NCBI GenBank assembly: GCA_963575745.1
Contig: CAUYUJ010000093.1
Span: 1-64,000 of the forward strand
Length of the DNA: 64,000 bases
Source: Prorocentrum cordatum
Taxonomy: Eukaryota
Reading direction: 5' to 3'
Shown: positions 41,101 through 50,394 of the stretch, in pieces
How positions within the stretch are numbered: the stretch's first letter is position 1
Layout: the number at the start of each line of letters is the position of its first letter
Notes under the pieces: generated by a model
Databases searched by the model: none
Told to the model about the DNA's origin: nothing
The model's input: the letters and a program-made list of their open reading frames with translations, nothing else
Made by a program: the position numbers and the translations under genes

Positions 41101-42732
41101 GAGCAGCTTGATGTCATCCAGGGACCACGAGCTGCCCTGGAGGTGACCGTTTGTCCTGGCCAGGTCCCTGGAGTACGCTCCGTTCATGCGGATGTAGCGT
41201 TTGTGGTGTCTGTAGAAATTTCGGCGGACAGTAACGATGTCTTGTGGACACCCCGCGTGCAGCGCAAGGTTTAGACAGATGTCCGTGATGAGGTAGTCGA
41301 AGCACTTCTGTCGGTCAAGGGCAGCTCCAGCTAAGGGGAGGAGTAAAGTCCTGGCGTGTTCGATGCGCAGGGCGAGAGAGGTGCTGACATCCCCAATGGT
41401 GGCTTTGGGAACAGCGCCGAAGCTCGTGGCATGGGTCCATCCTTGCCGCCAGGTCGTGAGGCTACGGTAGGCCGGCGCTTCCCACGCATACATCCACACG
41501 GAAAGAACCGAGAGAAGTCGTTGGTCCGTCGGGAGTTCCCCTCGGCCTTTTCGGAGGCACGGGTTTGGCACGTGCAGGAGGGGCTCGGGGATGGTGCCAG
41601 TGCGTTGCATAGCACGTAAGACGCTGGCGAAGAGGCGAAGGATGTCGTCGGGTAACTCCTTAGCCTCCTTAGTTGTCCAGCCGTCGAGTCCCCCCGCGCG
41701 GCGCGGTGAACGGGTGCGAATGAAGTGGATGAGTTGGTCGTCGGTGAGGTGGAAGGGGGCTGCTGGTGATGGCGTAGGCAGCTCTTGGCGGTATTCGTCG
41801 TAGAAGTCCGCCCACGTCGGCATAGCTTCGGCGTCATGGCCCGCGCGAGCGCGGTACCTGCCCAAGATGGGCTCCCAGGTGTCGACCATGAGCTTAAGCA
41901 TGTCTTTGGTGTTGGCAACAATAGCGTTGGCGGGGAGGGCGTCGGGAACCTGGGCAGGTGGTGGGCCACGAGTGTGGCCGTCGTCGTTGTCCGTGTCGAG
42001 CGAACTACCGTCGCTGGGGCTGAAGCCGCCGGCGTCGGTGTCGGCGTCACTATCGTCCGTGCTAGCTTGGTCAGGGTTGAAGGCGGTGGTGTCGCAGTGG
42101 AGCTGTGCATCGTCGGGAGTGGTAGGCGTGCGGAGATACGCCGTGGGCGAGCAGTCGGCAGCCCGTGCGTATATGGCCGCCTTTCGCCCGCTTGGCTCGC
42201 GGACACCCTCAGCCCAGATCTTGATGCGTTCAGCTTTGGCTCGGTTTGCACGTCGCGCCAGCTCCGAGTCTAGGTTTTGGATCAGACGATCTAGGTGCTC
42301 TCCGCGTGGTGCTGGCACGTCGGGGGCCCAGGCATCAGGAAAGGCCAGGAGGGCCGTGGGGCGCAGCTTGTGGCAGAGAAGGCGGGCCGCGGTCCACGTG
42401 CAGTCGATGCGTTGCGCCAGGTGCGGCGGGATAGCACGGCAGTCCATATGATGGTGCTGTCCGATGAAGCGAAGCTCGCAAAGTTGCCGATGGAGCTTGC
42501 GAAGGCGGTTCATGTGAATCGTGGAAGCTCCGTAGGTGGGAAAGGCGCGGGGGACGGCGGGTCGCTCCTCGAACGTGGGTGTGAGCCCGTGCATGGTAGG
42601 GGCCTTCTTTTTTGGGTGGTCTGGCGGTGGGGGCGGCAGGTCCCGCAGCCGGGTGAGATGGTACTCATGGCTGGCCTCGTTTGCCAGGGCGAACATGCGT
42701 TCCACATCGTCGCGTGTGTCAGCCTGCTCCAT
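38119..42732 (-). CDS. LINE reverse transcriptase + CCHC zinc finger + RNase H
   Basis: RT motifs AGGLDGW, LRKG...DQRLLSVL, ALDRQKCFD, GHLQGSSWS, TFVDD, FKLVG; zinc finger CRYCDEEEETQEHTVRDC; RNase HI TDGAC...AETLA...VDNQ...SH...NRQADALA with all four acidic residues. The frame is open upstream to ~42855 and overlaps the endonuclease ORF. Confidence 0.95.
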   Translation of the reverse strand: MEQADTRDDVERMFALANEASHEYHLTRLRDLPPPPPDHPKKKAPTMHGLTPTFEERPAVPRAFPTYGASTIHMNRLRKLHRQLCELRFIGQHHHMDCRAIPPHLAQRIDCTWTAARLLCHKLRPTALLAFPDAWAPDVPAPRGEHLDRLIQNLDSELARRANRAKAERIKIWAEGVREPSGRKAAIYARAADCSPTAYLRTPTTPDDAQLHCDTTAFNPDQASTDDSDADTDAGGFSPSDGSSLDTDNDDGHTRGPPPAQVPDALPANAIVANTKDMLKLMVDTWEPILGRYRARAGHDAEAMPTWADFYDEYRQELPTPSPAAPFHLTDDQLIHFIRTRSPRRAGGLDGWTTKEAKELPDDILRLFASVLRAMQRTGTIPEPLLHVPNPCLRKGRGELPTDQRLLSVLSVWMYAWEAPAYRSLTTWRQGWTHATSFGAVPKATIGDVSTSLALRIEHARTLLLPLAGAALDRQKCFDYLITDICLNLALHAGCPQDIVTVRRNFYRHHKRYIRMNGAYSRDLARTNGHLQGSSWSLDDIKLLMCVWTKRQHRYVPRSLSTTFVDDSNSTTHTASELQKSLDETAKFDRFSGQRIHPGKVAGWALTDELHAAVTQLTLADRPLRVVDSFKLVGSYINAEAAPAPAALNLTATADARVRRATIRLPRIGKLPSPMLIKARHARSLAASVCTTGTDIQAPSGPAKTAYNHALKAAIRPKGNKWVEFWTLMAVCVPGHALEIDAITQREAFLCLRRQVNRDVTLCGLARDLQHHVQTLFGGGPVGRLVQSLQQLRWTWPTFGIMYDDWGCPISWLNLPQNAFLHMLRASQRRAFLRRIKPRRHDLGYLASVRQGLDLFASTWLARTKGAAKCTAWQLALLLNYLSGGDHTQQRRSRSNTSADPSPMCRYCDEEEETQEHTVRDCKCWARERLPLTTLISDDQWARLPPHTRHCGLFDEDPALLDLQADLARDPLPQPIPRPSPDGDPAASAQDTYTTYLDYDTGWTWVYAATDGACTNQAIPLLARAGYGVYYGIDHRMNYSARVHGLTQNAQVAETLAIVHLTACAERPVHVFVDNQAVVDGFQSIIDGHPAPQGTHAELWEKIHRCVMAKPNMFRVEKIASHLGDLGIDLGLIGPIAEEFNRQADALATAAARTHNLPDDIVEAAKTRHRQATVLHGVAVAIYERRHRTLPLPHRRAGFTAAELSKMEPNPLLSDQAPPAAGPYIPQNPDELWAEAQRAMHDEQEDDPFGFGGGLDFLDDGPASANPAPSGSLSTPTSTPPPRATSHPHDDVAHRQDADEDLYDPLGLSGSIDDAPPTPHAADDAASSRRHPTTRPTSEPSHGIMIGPPVPPTPSPHQRQPAGAAPAPPQGTEPVRPSHPVHAFTVAGCEAAAPPSSRGVALAASALGPRVALQSPRKGDGRQRTDRRTALVHHLARRTDDLVPATRPAAAGTEQPPLTDREAELSQSMAALQQRCAALAADLAAAQARQGPLLQRLHRAGRAFAELLTPSPDGAAPPLTLHAMLSSLRGAPPGAPR

Positions 42733-42764
42733 GCGGTCGTGGTATCGTCCTGCGATGAGGGTCC

Positions 42765-43892
42765 CTAATGCCTGAAGTTCGTGGTCCTCATGAGCTCCGT
42801 CGTTGGAGGGTAAGGCGTGGGGGCCAGAAGGCGTGGGGCCGTGTGATCGAGGCGGCTAAGGTCGAGTGTGACCTGCAGGCCAACATGGGACTTCGCTGGC
42901 AAGTCACGCAGATAGCAGAAGTCGGTGACAAGGGATCGCGCAGCTTGGTTGGCGATGATATAATCGATGCGCGAAGTGCGGGGGCACTTGGTGACGCGGT
43001 CCCAGTCAGGGATATTGCCATATGTGTGCATGGTGTGGTCTGGTGTGCCTTCAGCGACGTTAAACCATCCGTGCTGCATCATGTGCAGCAGATGTGGATT
43101 GTCGTCGATGTTCGTGTTGGCGTCCATGCAAATGAAATACGGGGCTGAGCCGACCCTCGCGGCGGCGCAATCAGCAAGCCGAAACAAATCGGTGCTGTCC
43201 CCTCCAGCGACCCCGTAGAGGCTCGCAATGTAGATCCCAGCGGGACCGTGGTTGTTTCGTCGCCGCCTGCGGCGGTGCTGGGTGCAGAGCGGGAGGAAGG
43301 CCTCGTGCCATCGTTTCTTGGCCTTGAGGGTGGCGATACAGGTCGCAATGTCGTCGACGGTGGAGTCGACGATGGCGTCCTTAGAGAGGATGGCGACCCC
43401 ACCCGAGGCGCCGGTGTTGCCCTCGACCGTGTGGTCCGTGCCACCGTGAGCAGCTTTGCGCTGAGCACGCGCCAGATCCAGGTCAGGTCCCAGACTGGCC
43501 TGGTATCCTCCGTGGTGTGGATTGGCGGCGTTGGTAGCGATGGCTTGCCTGGTAGGCTTGGCATGTCGGGTCTCCTGCAGTGCTATGACTGCGGCGTTGT
43601 GGTCGACACCTAGAGCGGTGATGGTTGGCCAGTTCGCTGGGAGACTCGTGATGTTGAGGCTGACGAGGTGGATGGAGCGACCTGGCCCATCTCCGTCGGT
43701 GGAGCTGGGGTTAGCACGCCCCGCACGGTGGAGGGCAGCCTGGCCGTCACCCAGGTAGAAGGCTTGGCCACAGTAGGAGCTCATGGCGTCGCGGCAGATT
43801 GGCTTGGACGGGGCTGAAGCCGCCGTCGGGCCAAAAGTATAGGCAAGGCATGGTCGACGCTGCGCCGGGGGGGGGGTCATAAACATCGGCAA
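42765..43892 (-). CDS. LINE EEP/APE-type endonuclease
   Basis: SLNITSL, IALQETRH, SGGVAILSK, IASLYG, CMDANT, SRIDYII, SHVGL match EEP motifs in order. Probably part of a polyprotein with the RT via a 1-nt shift. Confidence 0.9.
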   Translation of the reverse strand: MPMFMTPPPAQRRPCLAYTFGPTAASAPSKPICRDAMSSYCGQAFYLGDGQAALHRAGRANPSSTDGDGPGRSIHLVSLNITSLPANWPTITALGVDHNAAVIALQETRHAKPTRQAIATNAANPHHGGYQASLGPDLDLARAQRKAAHGGTDHTVEGNTGASGGVAILSKDAIVDSTVDDIATCIATLKAKKRWHEAFLPLCTQHRRRRRRNNHGPAGIYIASLYGVAGGDSTDLFRLADCAAARVGSAPYFICMDANTNIDDNPHLLHMMQHGWFNVAEGTPDHTMHTYGNIPDWDRVTKCPRTSRIDYIIANQAARSLVTDFCYLRDLPAKSHVGLQVTLDLSRLDHTAPRLLAPTPYPPTTELMRTTNFRH

Positions 43893-46800
43893 AACTGCCT
43901 CGAAAAATCCTCCTCACTCCTGTACCGTGGGGGACGGAGGGAGGAGAGGTGAGACGGCAGCAGGGGGAGAGGGAGGCGACTCCTCGATCCGTCCTGCCGA
44001 GCTCAAGAGCAAAAGCAAACCAGCGGCGGCAGCTCGGCGCGGCAGCGGCGCAGCGCGCGCGCAAATACTGCGCACGCGACACCGCTGGTCCGTCCTGCGG
44101 CGGCGCGCCCGCCCCGTCAGTACCGTGATGAGCAGCATCAGCTGGAACAGCTGGTTCGGGTGCACCCTCCGCGCTCGCCTCGGGCGGTGGGCCCTGTGGC
44201 TGCGGCGGCGCACGCCCTGCCAGCGCGTCAGCCACTAGCTGGGCGTAGCGAGCGGCGCGGTCGGTGGCCTGGCGCTGAGCCTCGTCCATGCCCGCTGCCG
44301 CGAGGCACGCGTTGCGGACAGGGCTGACTCCACGCGGGGCCGCCGCTGCCGCGGCAGCGGCTGAGGTGGCGGGGCCGCCGCCGTGGCTCAGAGGGGGCAG
44401 CGGTGAGCCGCCGCCGAAGCCCGCCGCGAGGCCCTTGACGGAGTACTTGTGCTTGAAGGGGTCGAAGGTCGGCGCCTCGTCGAAGGCGACGACAACGCGG
44501 GTGGGCGGTGGCAGCTCCTGGTCCGTGGACGGCGTCGGCTCGAGGTCGACCTCGCCAGGTTCGATGGCGCTGGCACCGAAACGTGGCACCACCTCGGAGG
44601 CTTGGCCGTCAGCCTGAGTCTCGCGAGGCGGCGAGCTCGTGGAGCTCCCAGGGGGCTTGCGCGAGCTGTGGCGGCTGTAGGACCGGCTGCGCGGGACGCG
44701 CCCGCCCGTGTGGCGGTCACGTGGCGAGGCCACCTGGGCGTTAGCGCGCGCAGAGTCCGCCCTGCTCGGGGAGCGGATCGGCGCTGCGCAGGGTGTTGGG
44801 CTGGGCGGGCGGGAGCCGCCTGTGCCGCCCGCCGCCGAGGCTGCAGCCTGGTCAGGGTCGACGGCGTCGGGCCGGGGGCTGACGTGGTGGGCACTACCCT
44901 CGCTGTGCCGCGGGGAGGCGCTGTGGTGCGCCTGGGTGTGCGTGAGGACGAGCGGGACGAGCGGCTGCCGCTCGCGCTCAGGGGGGGCAGGTTTTGCCTG
45001 GGCAGGGCGCAGCGCTGCGGCCACGTTTGGCGGGGGCGTGTGTTGGCGCGGTTGCCAGGCACGCACGTTCGCCTCGCGCCATCCTTCGGGGCGCCCTGTC
45101 CTGCCACGGCTTGGTGCAGCCCCCTGGGCTGAAGCCGCAGGGGGTGCCACTGCGGGCTGGTTGCTGGCGGTGCTGTCGTGGCGGCCTGGGTAATGGCCCC
45201 AGGCACGCGTGGACCCTGGCACGGGCGAGGTGGCCCGTGGGGGAGCCTGCCCGAGTGCACGCGGGTAGCCGACGACCGCTGGGTGCACCCTGGCGTGGGG
45301 GGCGTGGCCGTAGCTGGAGGCGGCTGCTCCTGCCGCCGCGGGCCTGGCACCAATGGGGCCACGGTGATAGGCGGCGCCCCCGCCGTACACCGCGCTGTCG
45401 CCTGTCGGGACGCGCGCGGGAGAGCGGTTGCGTGGCGTGCTCGGCTGACCTGCGTCGCGTTGGTCGCGCTGCTGGGTGCGCTGCTGGTGCTGTTGGTAGC
45501 GCTGCTGGTCGGCTCTCGAGAGCGGGCGGGTGTCGGGGAGGATGGGCGGCACGTCGGGCCGCCGCCAGCCCTGATAGACGTGCTCGAAGGCATGGTCTGG
45601 GTAAGTCTCCCCGACGGGTGAGTAGCGCCGTACATGCTCCACGAAGTCAATGTTCTGCGGCTCGGGGAGCACCGTGATGTTCACAGCCCGCTGGTGCGCT
45701 GGTCCATAGAGACAGAAGCTACCACGGTTGCTGCGGTCGTGGTTCAACTCGGCTTCGGTCGTGGCACGACTCACCATGGCGTCACAGAGGCGCATGTCGT
45801 AGTCGAGAGCTTGAGGCCCAGGGCCGCCCTCGGCATCCCAGTACAGTACCACATCTCGCCAGCGCGTGCGGGTAGTGTGGATGCGCTCGGCGATAGACTC
45901 GCAGACGGTCCTGACTGTGACACGATCCCTGTGCATGTTGGTGATGGCTAGGGAGTAAGGTCGGCGGACCGCTTTGTTGAAGATGAAATCCTCCTTGAGG
46001 GCCTGGTGAGGGCCGAAGAGCACGTAGCCTTCCTTCCACAGCGGTTGGTCGGGAGACGGGTCTTCAGGCATCCCCGTTCCTGTGAACCCTGGTGGCCGCC
46101 TCGTGCCGTCGGGCAATCCCTGCTTGAGGACGCGACGCGGCCTCGGTGGTAGATACCATTGACCCTGGTATCCTGCTTGGCCTGGTTGCGGAGGCTCCCC
46201 CCCGGGGCCTGAAGGCGCTCGGGGGGGTTCCTTGAGGTCGTGCTGGGCTGGCGCGTTGCCGTATTGGCGGGCGAGGATGTGCGGAGGCATCCCTGTGGCA
46301 CGGACGTCGAACAGGCTGTGCGGACGAGGCGGATGCGGGCATCTGCTGGAGAGGCAGCATGTGTCGGAGTCCCTGTTGTCGGTGCTGTACGCACACGTCC
46401 AGCTGTTGCAAGAGTAGTCCGTGGACCAGTCCATAGGTGCACGTAGTCCGCTGAGGGAGCAGTCCGGGCACGTTGGTTGGCCCGAGGTGCCGAGCTGCGT
46501 GTTGCGGCGGGCAGCACAATACTGACAGCATTGGAATCGGCACTGTAGGCAAGTCCAGCGTCCTGGTAGGGGCGGGAACGCTTGCTCGTCGGTGACTGCG
46601 TCGTCTGGGTGGGGTCGGGGTCGATCCCACAAGGGCCAGACGTCGGCGAACCAGGACTGGCCTGTAGTGCGGACCACCTCCGCGGGGAGGCGAGCGTCGT
46701 CAGCATGGCGCTCGATCCACTGGGGCCCCAGGTCCGCTGCGATCATGACCGTGCGCCAAGTGTCGTCCGCCTTGACGTGGACTTGGGTCGGTGCCCAGAG

Positions 46801-49800
46801 CCTGGTAGTGGTATCGCCATGGTCGTGGTGAAGGATGACCCAGCCATCGCGACCCGCAACCGCAGGGTCGATAACGCGGTGGCCCACAACGGTCGCCCCC
46901 CACGGTAGGTAGGCGCCATCGTGATGCTCGCCCGGGTCAAGCCAGACCTCGACGCCAGGGGCGTTCACACGGGCCCGCACATCGCGGACGTGGAAGGCGA
47001 GGACGTGGTAGGCGGTCGGCTCCTCTTCCGTCTCGATGTGCTCCCACGTCTCGATGTCGCTGCTGTGAGAGGTGGAGTTTCCGCCGCTCTGCCGTGACGA
47101 ACGCGAGGCGGATCGCCGTGAGCGGGCATGGCCTCGGGCGAGGGCGGCGGCCGCGCTGATGAGGGACGGCGTACGGCGGTCGTCGGCTCCCGATGTCGTC
47201 GATGAGCGGTCTGGACTGTGTCCCAGGGCGGCACCTGGCTGATAGGTGTGCGATGGGCCAGACGCGGCCCCAGGGCTGGAGCCGCTGGGGCGCGGCGCTC
47301 GTACGTCGGACTGCCCCCGCACGGGAACGGCCTGCAAACCAGTGTACACCAGGTCGATCAGTGGCTGCGGGTCCAGCTGGAGCTTGCGAAGCGAGGCGCG
47401 CGGACGGGGCTGGTTGGGGTCGGCCCTGGTGGCTGCTTCGGTGTCGTAGTGCTGTGTAGCCCATGCTCGCGCTGCCTCTGGCGAGTATAGTGCCTGCGGC
47501 GGTGGCCACGCTGCCGCGGTGTCCAGCCGGCGCCAGGTGTTTGCTTCCTGGTCGCGGGCTTCAGCCGCCTCGCGGAGGTCTGGGTGATCGAAGCCGGCAA
47601 TGTGGAGGGCGTGCGCACAGTCGCCCATGCCATAGGTGTGTGGGAGGGCACGGCACCTGGAGGCAGCTTCGGTGGGGGCACACCAGTCCATGCGGATGAG
47701 GAGGCCCAGGACCCGTGGGTAGATGAGGCGCGCTCCGTGAGCCTCCCCTTTCACGAAGTTGTGCCAGTTCTCACCGCGCGGCGGTTTGGTAGCCTCGCAC
47801 ATCCAGAGCGCGATGGGTCCCCAGGCGAGGGTGTCGTCTTCGAGGCTGCAGGGCGGGTGAGGCGGCACCGCGTACCACGCGGCCAGCGACGGGTGCACAC
47901 TCACGTACGTGCGGCCGACATTTGTGGCGGTTCGACCCTTCGCTTCACGGCGGGGGCCCGGCAGGAGGTGACCTCCGTTGAAAGCGAGACGAGCCGCAAG
48001 GTCGCCGCGGGTCCCGTGCCAGAAGACCGTGGGCGTGTCAGTGGTGGGTTCACGGAGGTCCCACGTGAGGTAGGGGAAGATCGTCTCGCCTGAGTTCCCA
48101 CCCGAGTCTTCCAGCACCCAAGTGAGTCGGTTCGGGGGCCTCTGCATGATGTCAGTCCACGGCGCCAACGCTTGGAGCGTTGGGTCATGGGTGAATCGAG
48201 GATGGTCGTAGAGTCGCAGGGCGTCTTTGATGTCCTCTGTAGTCACGCCACTGTTACCAAGCGCAAAGCCGTTCTGGTACAGGGAGGTGAGGATGCTCGT
48301 CGGCGGCACGGGGACCGCTGGGTCGCGCTGGATGGTGCTGCGTAAGTTGCGCGTCGGTGGCCTGAGGGCTGGGTGGGGCGTACCAGGGCCTGGAGGCGCC
48401 TGGGGCCTGGCGGGTGATGCGTAGCGTGCTCGCCGTCGTGGTGGTTGGGTGTCCATGTCGGAAGAGGAACCACGAGCATCTGCATGTCGGAAGATGGACC
48501 ACGGGCTGTCGAGGGTGCGCTCACGTGTTTCACTTGCCTCGGCGTCGGTGGCCTGAGCTGTGGCGTCTTCGTGAGTCGGCGGGTTGCCATAGGCCGCGCC
48601 GCTTGTGGGGCCGTCTCGCGGGGACGGGCTGGTCGACCGTGGTGTGACAGACGAGGCTCGCGATACCGCGGCAGTGACTTCAACAATGGCGGCGGTGGTG
48701 GCGGTGGTGACATCGGCGACTGCGGCGGCAACTGCAGCAGCATAGTGTTCCTGTAGCAGCGGGTGTCGAAGAGAGTGCACGTGCTGGCTCTCGGGGTCGT
48801 CGGGATGCGTGCGCGGCATTGTGTGTGTGGCCTCATCGCGCGGCCTCCTGATCGGTTGGCAACAGCGGAGGCACCACTGGGCCGTGGGTGAGTCCAGGGC
48901 GCGCGCACAGATGCGGGCTCCTACGTGTCCGACGGCTCCTTGAGCGAGAAGTTTGGCGCCGACCAGGAGAAGACCGCAAACCACTCCGCCTGTGGCAATA
49001 GCTCCGAGTTTGCCGCTGGCCCATTTCAGGGCACCCCAGAGGCCAGACCCGACTGCGCTGGCTCCGCCCGAGACGATGTCTCTGAGTTTGGCACTGGTCC
49101 ACTTGAGAATACCCCACAAGGCGGGCGCGGCGTCGTATGCCGTTGTGCGTCGGGGCGTAGTGGACACGGATGGGCCTGGTGCCGCAGCTTCACGGCGTCG
49201 TCGCTGCCGGTAGCTGGGGTCTCGGCTCGGTGTCGGCAGGTACCCGTCGATCTGGTCCTTGTACGGCATGGCTACCACGATGGCATACGTGGCCACGAAG
49301 AGGCAGATGAGACAGCCGCAGCGTCGGGAGGCCGCTGCGCTGTGCGGGGCCTCGTAGGAGCCGCTGGCGTCGGGGCTCGCGTCCTCGATGGGATCATTGT
49401 CGATGCCAGCCTGCCAGTGGTCGACGGCGCTGGAGTTGGAGTCAGTCGCGTTAGCTCGGCAGACAAGGGTGCGGGGCGGGGTCCTGCCACCTGAGGTCTG
49501 AAGACGCCCAGATCCAGCCAATGCTGCAGCGGGGCTGAAGCCGCCACTGCGCGGGCTGGTGAGAGCTGGCAGTGCAGTGGAATGGCTTGTCTCGTCGGCG
49601 GCGGTGGCGCCTTCGGCGTCGCTGAGCTGTGCGCTGGGGTCGGCCTGGGCCGAGTTGATGGGCGCACTGCTGTGCGACAGGGGGCGCCCTGTGTAGGGTT
49701 CGCTGTCACGGTCGCGCTGGGCCGTGTCACCTGGCGGTGTCGTGCCGTCGAGGTCCTGGGTTTCCGTGTCGTGGATGGAGTCGTTCTGGCTATCGTCCGA

Positions 49801-50394
49801 CACGTGGAACGAGTCCAGGGATATGTTGCTGATATCGCTGGCAGCGGTGTGCTGGAGCAGAAGCGGTTCGGCGTCGGCCGCGGGCTGGTCACACGTGGCG
49901 TTCTGGGCGAGGGGGCCAGCTGGCGGTGGTAGGTTTAGCGGTTCCATCGGTGCCGCGGCGAGCTCCGCCTCGACAAGCGGCTGCAGGTCTGGCGGGTGGT
50001 GCAGGATCGCATCCGCGAGATACGCCAGGGCGTCTTGGTCGGGCGGAGGGAGGCCTCTTGGCAGCAAGGCGTGGGCCCGTGAGAGGCATGGCGGCAGTGG
50101 TGCCGCGAAAGCCTCAGGGCCGACGAGCTGGGCACGAGCGCCCTGGTATTCCAGAAGAAACCAAAGTAGCGGGTGGGGCACTCGTGGCTGCCCTGGATAC
50201 GAGTGAGGTTGCGGTTGGTGCGCTGTCTGTCGGGGCCCGCTCTGTGCCAGATATCTTCGCACATGTCGAACGCGGTGCGGTGGCGCAGGGCATCGTTTTT
50301 CTCCGCGGAGTCCTCCTGGAAAAAGTGGTCGTACTGTGGCAGATGGAGCGTCGCCAGGACGTGCGGGACGCAGTCCTCGAGCCATGCCCAGCAC
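43747..50394 (-). CDS. 2215-aa cargo ORF: hydrophobic segments, ART/PARP-like domain, SH3-like, Cys-rich and ubiquitin-like modules in P/A/R/S-rich linkers
   Basis: 6.6-kb uninterrupted frame co-oriented with RT; VFWHGTR...TYVS.HP..A.WYA...LGLLIRM (47690-48040); Cys cluster 46320-46560. True start uncertain; probably continues from the upstream ORF near 50180. Confidence 0.75.
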   Translation of the reverse strand: MLGMARGLRPARPGDAPSATVRPLFPGGLRGEKRCPAPPHRVRHVRRYLAQSGPRQTAHQPQPHSYPGQPRVPHPLLWFLLEYQGARAQLVGPEAFAAPLPPCLSRAHALLPRGLPPPDQDALAYLADAILHHPPDLQPLVEAELAAAPMEPLNLPPPAGPLAQNATCDQPAADAEPLLLQHTAASDISNISLDSFHVSDDSQNDSIHDTETQDLDGTTPPGDTAQRDRDSEPYTGRPLSHSSAPINSAQADPSAQLSDAEGATAADETSHSTALPALTSPRSGGFSPAAALAGSGRLQTSGGRTPPRTLVCRANATDSNSSAVDHWQAGIDNDPIEDASPDASGSYEAPHSAAASRRCGCLICLFVATYAIVVAMPYKDQIDGYLPTPSRDPSYRQRRRREAAAPGPSVSTTPRRTTAYDAAPALWGILKWTSAKLRDIVSGGASAVGSGLWGALKWASGKLGAIATGGVVCGLLLVGAKLLAQGAVGHVGARICARALDSPTAQWCLRCCQPIRRPRDEATHTMPRTHPDDPESQHVHSLRHPLLQEHYAAAVAAAVADVTTATTAAIVEVTAAVSRASSVTPRSTSPSPRDGPTSGAAYGNPPTHEDATAQATDAEASETRERTLDSPWSIFRHADARGSSSDMDTQPPRRRARYASPARPQAPPGPGTPHPALRPPTRNLRSTIQRDPAVPVPPTSILTSLYQNGFALGNSGVTTEDIKDALRLYDHPRFTHDPTLQALAPWTDIMQRPPNRLTWVLEDSGGNSGETIFPYLTWDLREPTTDTPTVFWHGTRGDLAARLAFNGGHLLPGPRREAKGRTATNVGRTYVSVHPSLAAWYAVPPHPPCSLEDDTLAWGPIALWMCEATKPPRGENWHNFVKGEAHGARLIYPRVLGLLIRMDWCAPTEAASRCRALPHTYGMGDCAHALHIAGFDHPDLREAAEARDQEANTWRRLDTAAAWPPPQALYSPEAARAWATQHYDTEAATRADPNQPRPRASLRKLQLDPQPLIDLVYTGLQAVPVRGQSDVRAPRPSGSSPGAASGPSHTYQPGAALGHSPDRSSTTSGADDRRTPSLISAAAALARGHARSRRSASRSSRQSGGNSTSHSSDIETWEHIETEEEPTAYHVLAFHVRDVRARVNAPGVEVWLDPGEHHDGAYLPWGATVVGHRVIDPAVAGRDGWVILHHDHGDTTTRLWAPTQVHVKADDTWRTVMIAADLGPQWIERHADDARLPAEVVRTTGQSWFADVWPLWDRPRPHPDDAVTDEQAFPPLPGRWTCLQCRFQCCQYCAARRNTQLGTSGQPTCPDCSLSGLRAPMDWSTDYSCNSWTCAYSTDNRDSDTCCLSSRCPHPPRPHSLFDVRATGMPPHILARQYGNAPAQHDLKEPPRAPSGPGGEPPQPGQAGYQGQWYLPPRPRRVLKQGLPDGTRRPPGFTGTGMPEDPSPDQPLWKEGYVLFGPHQALKEDFIFNKAVRRPYSLAITNMHRDRVTVRTVCESIAERIHTTRTRWRDVVLYWDAEGGPGPQALDYDMRLCDAMVSRATTEAELNHDRSNRGSFCLYGPAHQRAVNITVLPEPQNIDFVEHVRRYSPVGETYPDHAFEHVYQGWRRPDVPPILPDTRPLSRADQQRYQQHQQRTQQRDQRDAGQPSTPRNRSPARVPTGDSAVYGGGAAYHRGPIGARPAAAGAAASSYGHAPHARVHPAVVGYPRALGQAPPRATSPVPGSTRAWGHYPGRHDSTASNQPAVAPPAASAQGAAPSRGRTGRPEGWREANVRAWQPRQHTPPPNVAAALRPAQAKPAPPERERQPLVPLVLTHTQAHHSASPRHSEGSAHHVSPRPDAVDPDQAAASAAGGTGGSRPPSPTPCAAPIRSPSRADSARANAQVASPRDRHTGGRVPRSRSYSRHSSRKPPGSSTSSPPRETQADGQASEVVPRFGASAIEPGEVDLEPTPSTDQELPPPTRVVVAFDEAPTFDPFKHKYSVKGLAAGFGGGSPLPPLSHGGGPATSAAAAAAAAPRGVSPVRNACLAAAGMDEAQRQATDRAARYAQLVADALAGRAPPQPQGPPPEASAEGAPEPAVPADAAHHGTDGAGAPPQDGPAVSRAQYLRARCAAAAPSCRRWFAFALELGRTDRGVASLSPCCRLTSPPSVPHGTGVRRIFRGSFADVYDPPPGAASTMPCLYFWPDGGFSPVQANLPRRHELLLWPSLLPG

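Noticed and set aside
43680..43735. 2A-like (ExNPGP) peptide upstream of the endonuclease
   Set aside because: The sequence reads RAGRANPSSTDGDGP and lacks the contiguous NPGP required.
47553..47576. GGGCTTCAGCCGC as a 13th hairpin copy
   Set aside because: The loop is reversed and the single bulged C is absent; not counted. The partial copy near 50529 is also not counted.
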